32,000 nt of DNA from Pirellulales bacterium (GTDB lineage Bacteria > Planctomycetota > Planctomycetia > Pirellulales > Lacipirellulaceae): assembly GCA_019636345.1 (NCBI GenBank), contig JAHBXQ010000001.1, positions 431,985 through 463,984 on the forward strand, written 5' to 3'. Shown piece after piece: positions 26,009 to 32,000 of this stretch. Under the pieces are notes generated by a model. The model worked only from the letters and a program-made list of their open reading frames with translations, was not told where the DNA came from and ran no database searches. A program made the translations under genes and the position numbers. Positions within the stretch are counted from its first letter, which is position 1. Each line of letters begins with the position of its first letter.

Positions 26009-27355
26009 TCAGCCCGGCAAGAACGTCCGCTCGACGAACGTCGTGTCGATCCGACCCTCGACGAAGGCACTGTGCCCGAGGATCTCCTGGTGGAGCGGGA
26101 TCACGGTCTTGATCCCCTCGACGCGCAACTCGGCCAGGGCCCGCTGCATCGTGGCGATCGCCTCGGTTCGGGTCGGCTGGTGGACGATCAGCTTGCCGAT
26201 CATCGAGTCGTAATACGGAGGCACGACGTACCCGCTATGAGCGTGCGAGTCGAACCGCACGCCGTAACCGCCGGGGACGATCATCCGCTCGATCCGCCCG
26301 GGCGAGGGCTGGAAGTTGCGCTTGGGGTCCTCGGCGTTGATGCGGCACTCGATCGCGTGCCCGCGCTGCACCACGTCGTGCTGGGTGAACGGCAGCGGTT
26401 CGCCCGAGGCGACCAGAATTTGCTGCTTGATCAGATCGATGCCGGTGACCATTTCGGTCACCGGATGCTCGACCTGGATCCGCGCGTTGACCTCGATGAA
26501 GTAATAATTGCCGTCCTTGTCGACGATAAATTCGACCGTCGCGGCGTTCGTGTAGTTGGCCTCGAGGATTAGCCGGCGGGCCGCTTCGCACATCGCAGCG
26601 CGGGCCTCGGGAGTGATGCTCGAGCTGGGGCTCTCTTCGATCAGTTTCTGGTGACGTCGCTGGACCGAGCAGTCGCGCTCCCACAGATGGACCGCGTTGC
26701 CGTGATGGTCGGCGATGACCTGCACCTCGACGTGCCGCGGTTGTTCGACGTACTTCTCCAGGTACACGGCGCCGTTGCCGAACGCGGCGAGGGCCTCGGC
26801 CTGGGCCTGCTGGAGCGAGCTCTTGAGCGAGAGATCGTTGGCCGCGACGCGCATCCCGCGCCCGCCGCCGCCGGCGACCGCCTTGATAAGCACCGGGAAA
26901 CCGACCTCGTGGGCGAACTTGAGGGCTTGCTCAGCGCTCTCGATGATCCCGTCGCTCCCGGGGACGACCGGCACCTTGGCCCGCTTGGCCAGGGCCCGGG
27001 CGGCGTTCTTGTCCCCCAGTTGGGCCATCGCCTCGGGCATCGGGCCGATGAAGTCGATGTTGCAACTGCGGCAAATTTCGTTGAAGTGGGCGTTCTCAGC
27101 CAAGAAACCGTAACCCGGGTGGATCGCCTGGACGTTTCCCACCTCGGCGGCGCTGATCACGTTGGCGATCCGCAGGTAGCTGTCGGCCGCCTTGGGGGGC
27201 CCGACGCAGTACGCCTCGTCGGCGAGATCGAGATAGGCCGAGCCGCGATCCGCCTCGCTGAAGATGGCGACCGTTTCGATCCCCAGTTCTTTGCAGGCGC
27301 GGATGATCCGCAGCGCGATCTCGCCCCGGTTGGCGATCAAAATGCGTTGAAACAT
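26009..27355 (-). CDS. accC: Acetyl-CoA carboxylase, biotin carboxylase subunit
   Basis: [26 protein letters not shown] and an ATP-grasp region with GGGGRGMRV. 448 aa, full length. Confidence 0.95.
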   Translation of the reverse strand: MFQRILIANRGEIALRIIRACKELGIETVAIFSEADRGSAYLDLADEAYCVGPPKAADSYLRIANVISAAEVGNVQAIHPGYGFLAENAHFNEICRSCNIDFIGPMPEAMAQLGDKNAARALAKRAKVPVVPGSDGIIESAEQALKFAHEVGFPVLIKAVAGGGGRGMRVAANDLSLKSSLQQAQAEALAAFGNGAVYLEKYVEQPRHVEVQVIADHHGNAVHLWERDCSVQRRHQKLIEESPSSSITPEARAAMCEAARRLILEANYTNAATVEFIVDKDGNYYFIEVNARIQVEHPVTEMVTGIDLIKQQILVASGEPLPFTQHDVVQRGHAIECRINAEDPKRNFQPSPGRIERMIVPGGYGVRFDSHAHSGYVVPPYYDSMIGKLIVHQPTRTEAIATMQRALAELRVEGIKTVIPLHQEILGHSAFVEGRIDTTFVERTFLPG

Positions 27356-27461
27356 GGCGACTGATGCGTGACCAGGAGCGTGGCGAGGAAGACCGCGAGA
27401 CCGAGCGCCGGTTCGCAGACTCGGCCGCCGGTGCGGCGCGAAGGGCGGAAGTCCGCGACGA

Positions 27462-27947
27462 TCACTTCTCGATTTGGAACAACTTCTGCCCGTACTCGAC
27501 GGGGGCGCCCGCTTCGACGAGCACGGCCGTGATCTTGCCGCTGCACTCGGCGGGGATCTCGTTGAAGACCTTCATCGCCTCGATGATGCAGACCACGGTC
27601 TCGGGCCCGACGCGATCGCCGACCTTGACGAACGTGGGCGAGTCGGGGTTCGGGGCGGCGTAGAACGTGCCGACCATCGGGCTGGTGATGTAGGTCGCGT
27701 CCGCCGCAGGGGCCGGCGCCGCCGGGGGAGCGGCAGCCGTCGGGGCCGTGACCGGCGCCGGAGAGGGAGCCGAGACCGCCAGCGGGGCCATCGACGCGAT
27801 CACGTCTTGTTTCTTGCGCAAGTGGATCCGCTGGTCTCCTTGCCGGAGATTCACCTCGGCCATGTCGAACTCGTTCATGAGCTCGACCAACTGCCGCACG
27901 CGGGCCACTTCGAACACGTCGTTGGAAGGCGGGGTCTTGTCAGCCAT
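27462..27947 (-). CDS. accB: Acetyl-CoA carboxylase, biotin carboxyl carrier protein
   Basis: C-terminal biotinyl domain with the EAMKVFNEI motif, an Ala/Pro-rich linker, and a position directly upstream of accC. The start is set at ATG 27947 (161 aa). Confidence 0.9.
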   Translation of the reverse strand: MADKTPPSNDVFEVARVRQLVELMNEFDMAEVNLRQGDQRIHLRKKQDVIASMAPLAVSAPSPAPVTAPTAAAPPAAPAPAADATYITSPMVGTFYAAPNPDSPTFVKVGDRVGPETVVCIIEAMKVFNEIPAECSGKITAVLVEAGAPVEYGQKLFQIEK

Positions 27948-28053
27948 GGAAAGGGCCTTGGGAATGCGATGGCGACGCCGGGAGCGGCGGGAGGATGACG
28001 ACTGGCGGCTGGCGATTGGTTTCGGTCGCCTGTCGCCAATCACCCTCTTCCAC

Positions 28054-29142
28054 TCACCCCACGACGCATTGATCCAGTTCTTTCGGGACCGAGGTGAGGA
28101 TCTCGTGGCCGTCGCGGGTCACGAGAATGTCGTCCTCGATGCGGATTCCGCCCCACTCGGGGAAGTAAATGCCGGGCTCCACGGTGACGATCATACCCGG
28201 CTTGAGCTCGGTTTTCTGCCCCCTGGCGAGCCGCGGGGCCTCGTGAATTTCCAATCCCGTGCCGTGCCCCAGGCCATGCCCGAAGTGCTTGCCGTAGCCC
28301 GCTTTTTCGATCACTCCGCGGGCGGCGGCGTCGACCGCCTCGCAGGTCGCCCCGGGGCGAATCGCCGCGATCCCGGCGAGTTGGGCGGCCAGGACCACGT
28401 CGTACAGCTTGCGGAGCTTCGGGGAAATTTTCCCCGTAGCCAACACCCGGGTGAGGTCGCTCATGTAGAGCCCCTCGTTGGCGCCCCAGTCGATGAGGAT
28501 GAAATCGGCCTCGCCGACCCGCTTGTCGGTCGGCTTGCCGTGCGGCAGGGCGCCCCGCTCGCCGACCCCCACGATCGGCGTGAACGACAGCCCCTTGGCC
28601 CCGAACCGCCGGACCTGATACTCCAAATCCGCGGCGATCTGGTTCTCGGTCGTTTCAGGGGTCATTCCGGCGCGGACGACCTCGAACGCCCGCCGGGCCT
28701 GCTCGCACGCCTTACGGGTCCGGTCGATCTCGTCCTTGTCCTTGATCGCCCGCAGCTCCTCGACCCAGCCGCTGGTGGGGACGAGCGTCGCCTTGGGGAG
28801 AGCCTCGGCCACCGAGTCGCGCAGGCTCACCGACATCGAGTCCCCCTCGATCCCCAGCCGCCGGGCGCGGACCTTCTCGACCGTCTTCACGACGAAATCG
28901 AGGATCTTCGTCCCCGGGCCGCGGATCACCAGTTCGCAGTCGGGGCACTCGTCCCCGAGTTGCTGGTCGTAGCGCATGTCGCTGACGATGATCGCGTCGG
29001 TCGCCGTGAGGACGAGATAGCTGTCGTCCCCCGTAAACCCGGTCAGATAGGTGACGTTCAGAAAGTTGGTCACCAGCAGGGCGTCAAGCTGCTCCTTCTT
29101 GAGCAACTTGCGGAGTTTGTCGCGACGGGCGGCGTGATTCAT
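28054..29142 (-). CDS. M24-family Xaa-Pro aminopeptidase/dipeptidase
   Basis: N-terminal creatinase/prolidase-like domain plus a pita-bread domain with metal ligands in FGHGLGHGTGLEIHE and VEPGIY...GGIRIED. 362 aa. Confidence 0.9.
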   Translation of the reverse strand: MNHAARRDKLRKLLKKEQLDALLVTNFLNVTYLTGFTGDDSYLVLTATDAIIVSDMRYDQQLGDECPDCELVIRGPGTKILDFVVKTVEKVRARRLGIEGDSMSVSLRDSVAEALPKATLVPTSGWVEELRAIKDKDEIDRTRKACEQARRAFEVVRAGMTPETTENQIAADLEYQVRRFGAKGLSFTPIVGVGERGALPHGKPTDKRVGEADFILIDWGANEGLYMSDLTRVLATGKISPKLRKLYDVVLAAQLAGIAAIRPGATCEAVDAAARGVIEKAGYGKHFGHGLGHGTGLEIHEAPRLARGQKTELKPGMIVTVEPGIYFPEWGGIRIEDDILVTRDGHEILTSVPKELDQCVVG

Positions 29143-29477
29143 AGCGAAGCGGGAAAGGAAAGGCGGAAGGGGGAAGGACCGTCGCGGCAGCGAGCCGCGG
29201 CGTCCCCGCCCGCGGCGAACGCTAACGCCCGCGGCGGCCCCACAGTATCAATGCCCCAGCAGGCCATGACAAGCCGGGCGCTTTGTCGCCCGGGGAAAGT
29301 TGTGATAGCTTGCGACAGGGTCGGGGGCTCCGCTCGCTTCGACCCTGCTCTCCAAACCGCGGTGGAACAAGGAGCCAGGCTCGCGCGCGGCGTTTTGAGT
29401 TTCGCCGGCCGAATCCCAAGGGCCCGCAATCCAGACCCCTTTTTCAACTGCCTGCCAGTTTTTCTCGGATCACTTCC

Positions 29478-29897
29478 ATGCCCGAACTGTTCCGCGTCAC
29501 TCGCGAAATCGAATTCTGCTACGGCCACCGCTTGCTGAACTACGCCGGCAAGTGCCGGCATCTCCACGGACACAATGGCAAGGCGGTCATTACGATCGAG
29601 GGGACTTCGCTCGACGATCGGGGGATGGTCGTCGACTTCTCGGACATCAAGGAGGCGGTCAGCACCTGGATCGACGTCAACCTCGATCACCGGATGCTGC
29701 TCCATCGCGAAGACCCAGTCGTCTCGATCCTGCAGCAAATGGGCGAACCGCTGTACCTGTTCGACGAGAACCCCACGGCGGAGAACATCGCCAAGCACAT
29801 CTTCCAGGAAAGCAACAAGCTCGCCCTGCCGGCCCCGATCGTCGAGGTGCTGCTGTGGGAAACGCCGAAGTGCTACGCAACCTACCGCGAAGAGTGA
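29478..29897 (+). CDS. queD: 6-carboxy-5,6,7,8-tetrahydropterin synthase
   Basis: 139 aa with the CxxxHGH motif (CRHLHGHNG), FCYGHRL and DHRMLL. Family-typical size. Confidence 0.9.
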   Translation: MPELFRVTREIEFCYGHRLLNYAGKCRHLHGHNGKAVITIEGTSLDDRGMVVDFSDIKEAVSTWIDVNLDHRMLLHREDPVVSILQQMGEPLYLFDENPTAENIAKHIFQESNKLALPAPIVEVLLWETPKCYATYREE

Positions 29898-29935
29898 TCC
29901 GTATCGGCACACCCCGGCGCCGCGACGGCACATCT

Positions 29936-29962
29936 TAGCCGGACCGTCACGCGGTCCGGCTA
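29936..29962 (+). terminator. Perfect 11-bp-stem hairpin downstream of queD (U-tract-less terminator candidate)
   Basis: TAGCCGGACCG-tcacg-CGGTCCGGCTA, 39 nt after the queD stop. No T-run follows on either strand. Confidence 0.35.
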
Positions 29963-30111
29963 GGCGAGTTGACGGCGCGCGGGCGGCGATCGGCGATCTT
30001 GCACGCCCCCCCCGTTTGCGGTCCGTGAATTGCCCTCTCCTGGGAAAGGTTGTCTTTTCACTCCCGGCGTCGGAGTTGCCGCGCAACGCCTCTTTCGAGA
30101 GGAAGCCAGCA

Positions 30112-30849
30112 ATGCGCGCTCCCCACTGGAACGCCCTCGTCGATGGCGTGGCGTACGTCAATTTCGTGGCCCTGATCGCAACGGGACTCGTGCTGGAGTA
30201 TCGGCTCCCCCCCGGCAGCGGCGGCCTGCACGGCGGTCGCGGGGGCCGCGGTTCCGCGGAGCGCGAGGTCGATCTCCTCTGGGGCTTCGACCGACACCAG
30301 TGGGGCGAGCTCCACTACGGGATCGCGCTGGTGTTGCTGGCCATCCTGGCCGTTCACCTCGCGCTGCACTGGAAGTGGATCGTCGCGATGCTGCGGGGAA
30401 AGAAGTCCGGAGCGTCGGGCATGAGGTTCGGTCTCGGCCTCGCCGGTCTCGTAGGCGTCGTCGCCCTGGGCGTGCTCCCGTTCGTTACGGCGACCGACGT
30501 GACGACCCGCGGCGCTCTCGCCCCGGCCCCTTCGTCGGAGTCAGACGCTTCAGCTTCGCCGCAACCCGCGCCAGCCTCGGACTCGTCGCACGGCGCCGAT
30601 CAAAAATCGCAGGCCTTCGCCGACCTCCGCGGGCGCAACACCCTCGCCGAGGCCGCAGGCGCCGCGGGCGTTTCGGTCGACACGCTGCGCCGCGAATTCA
30701 ATCTCCCTGCCGACACGCCTGCAACCACGCGCTTCAGTTCGTTCATCCACGACCAAGGACTCGGCATGGACGAGGTGCGACAAACGCTTGCAAGGTTGGC
30801 GACGCCACGCCCCGCAGGTGAGCCCGTGGACGGCGACCCCGGCGACTGA
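30112..30849 (+). CDS. DUF4405-like small membrane protein with an Ala/Ser/Pro linker and a C-terminal helical domain
   Basis: Three predicted TM helices with a His-containing pattern (WGELHYGIALVLLAILAVHLALHWKW). The C-terminal block LRGRNTLAEAAGAAGVSVDTLRREFNLP is common in this family. ATG at 30112; the ORF-track start at 29575 overlaps queD in another frame. Confidence 0.6.
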   Translation: MRAPHWNALVDGVAYVNFVALIATGLVLEYRLPPGSGGLHGGRGGRGSAEREVDLLWGFDRHQWGELHYGIALVLLAILAVHLALHWKWIVAMLRGKKSGASGMRFGLGLAGLVGVVALGVLPFVTATDVTTRGALAPAPSSESDASASPQPAPASDSSHGADQKSQAFADLRGRNTLAEAAGAAGVSVDTLRREFNLPADTPATTRFSSFIHDQGLGMDEVRQTLARLATPRPAGEPVDGDPGD

Positions 30850-30867
30850 CGGCAGGCGCCGGCCCGC

Positions 30868-31419
30868 TCAATTCAACTCGGGATCCTCGGGAATTGCCTC
30901 CGGGTTGATCCCCGGCGCCGCGATGTTGCGGCCGATGCGTTTACAGACGTTGCGCCACAGCGATTCGAAGTCGCCGAAGACTTCTTCGGCGCTGGCCGAG
31001 TCGACGAGCCAGCCCCCGAGTTCAAGCTCCCCTTCGAGTTGCCCGCCCCCCCAGCCGCTGTGACCGCTGAACAGGCGAAACTCGGCAGAAGGGGTGCGCA
31101 CAAGCGCGTCGATGGGATCGCGCTGCATCGACATGAAGACCCCGGGCAGAACCTCCTCGTCGGCCAGATCGGGCTGGTCGTGAATCGCGATGAGCGGCCC
31201 CGGCACCGGCCCGCCGAGATACATGTCGTCGTCGCAGTCGACCTCGGCGGCGTCGATCAGCTCCCACACCTCGCGGACCGTCTTGTCGCCTGGGCGGTTG
31301 AGGACGACTCCCAGGGCCCCGTCCTCATTGTGACGGAGCATGAGTACGACCGTGCGCGCAAAATTCGGGTCCTTCAAATGAGGCGACGCGACCAGAAACT
31401 TGCCGGCGAGCGATTTCAT
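30868..31419 (-). CDS. YqgE/AlgH family protein (UPF0301)
   Basis: LAGKFLVASPHLKDPNFARTVVLMLRHNEDGALGVVLNRP and FSGHSGWGGGQLEGEL are the family hallmarks. The start is set at ATG 31419 (MKSLAGKF...); the GTG at 31446 is an alternative. Confidence 0.85.
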   Translation of the reverse strand: MKSLAGKFLVASPHLKDPNFARTVVLMLRHNEDGALGVVLNRPGDKTVREVWELIDAAEVDCDDDMYLGGPVPGPLIAIHDQPDLADEEVLPGVFMSMQRDPIDALVRTPSAEFRLFSGHSGWGGGQLEGELELGGWLVDSASAEEVFGDFESLWRNVCKRIGRNIAAPGINPEAIPEDPELN

Positions 31420-31614
31420 GGGCGAGGGGGGCCGCAAGGCATCCACAAAGTCACGGAGGGCGTCACAGTCGGCTGGAACGAATAGGAACTTTGACGGCTG
31501 GCCCGGTCCGAGGCAACGGATCGGCGGTCCGGACGCGAAAACTCCGCCGGCCTCCTCCGGCAGCTCGTTTCAGGCGCCTTGTGATCAATGCGTCTTCGTT
31601 GTCGCTTTGGACGC

Positions 31615-32000
31615 TCAGGAGTCGCCCAGGGCCCGGCGTTGCGTGAGCTCGATCGCGGTCAGCAATCCGCGGGCCTTGTTGAGGGTCTCCTGGTACTCGC
31701 TGGCAGGGTCGCTGTCGGCGACGATCCCGGCGCCGGCCTGAACGTACGCCTTGCCGTTTTGCACGACGACCGTCCGCAGGGCGATGCAGGTGTCCATATT
31801 TCCGGCAAAGTCAATGTAGCCCACGGCGCCGGCGTAGGGGCCGCGACGGACCGGTTCGATTTCGTCGATGATCTCCATGGCCCGCACCTTGGGGGCGCCC
31901 GAGACGGTGCCTGCGGGCAGGCACGCGGCTAGGGCGTCGAAGGCGTCGCAGTCGTCGCGCAGGTCTCCTGTGACGTTCGAGGTGATGTGCATGACGTGGC
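31615..32000 (-). CDS. trpE: Anthranilate synthase component I, C-terminal part (5' end lies beyond the window)
   Basis: [38 protein letters not shown] and a chorismate-binding C-terminus. The frame stays open to position 32000, so the Met at 31992 is internal. Confidence 0.9.
   Translation of the reverse strand, partial: HVMHITSNVTGDLRDDCDAFDALAACLPAGTVSGAPKVRAMEIIDEIEPVRRGPYAGAVGYIDFAGNMDTCIALRTVVVQNGKAYVQAGAGIVADSDPASEYQETLNKARGLLTAIELTQRRALGDS

Noticed and set aside
29143-29477. A possible preQ1 riboswitch in the 335-bp divergent region upstream of queD.
   Set aside because: There is no small hairpin followed by the A-rich tail characteristic of preQ1-I/II. The region has only generic GC hairpins (for example 29316-29347) and a CU-rich leader.
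29941-31556. The heptamer CGGTCCG recurs in several intergenic spots (29941-29958, 30019, about 31526, about 31549 and 22843), which could suggest a dispersed repeat.
   Set aside because: With this base composition a G/C-rich 7-mer is expected around a dozen times on both strands of 32 kb by my rough estimate. It also occurs inside CDSs, and the flanks share no extended similarity.

Overview
This is a GC-rich chromosomal segment (roughly two-thirds G+C by eye, not computed). Its gene content looks like Planctomycetota, which is an inference from a Tat-signal Gfo/Idh/MocA oxidoreductase, an FGE-family protein, a GH29 fucosidase, Pro/Ala-rich single-pass membrane proteins and few Shine-Dalgarno sites. 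I call 27 protein-coding genes (2 of them open to a window edge) and 1 pseudogene, and I treat most other six-frame ORFs as high-GC antisense or off-frame artefacts. From left to right the window holds: a small secreted glycan-degradation group (FGE-like, oxidoreductase, glycosidase-like protein, alpha-L-fucosidase); a minus-strand unit of an ABM monooxygenase plus two large uncharacterised membrane-anchored proteins; pcm; a SirB1/transglutaminase-like gene plus a secreted protein with a matrixin-type zinc motif; a 0.5-kb remnant of an RND efflux operon; then dense housekeeping genes (gnd, zwf, psd, pssA, ribE, rsmA, hisB, ppa, PPi-dependent pfp, accC, accB, an M24 aminopeptidase, queD, a DUF4405-like membrane protein, yqgE/algH and the 3' part of trpE). 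I found no rRNA or tRNA genes, CRISPR array, transposase, integrase, phage genes or recognisable defence or toxin-antitoxin genes. I also cannot point to a convincing new multi-gene system. The best candidates for unexplained biology are: (a) a 560-bp non-coding gap that has the layout terminator / promoter / about 210 nt of structured sequence with a perfect 24-bp palindrome / terminator / promoter, a possible orphan sRNA; (b) the ABM plus two-membrane-protein unit, in which the two proteins share a repeated C-terminal module; (c) the SirB1-like plus matrixin-motif gene pair; (d) the in-frame adaptor::pump efflux chimera; and (e) recurrent pyrimidine-rich leaders that resemble the anti-SD sequence and end in TTCC-ATG. 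All functional calls come from motif recognition by eye, with no searches run.
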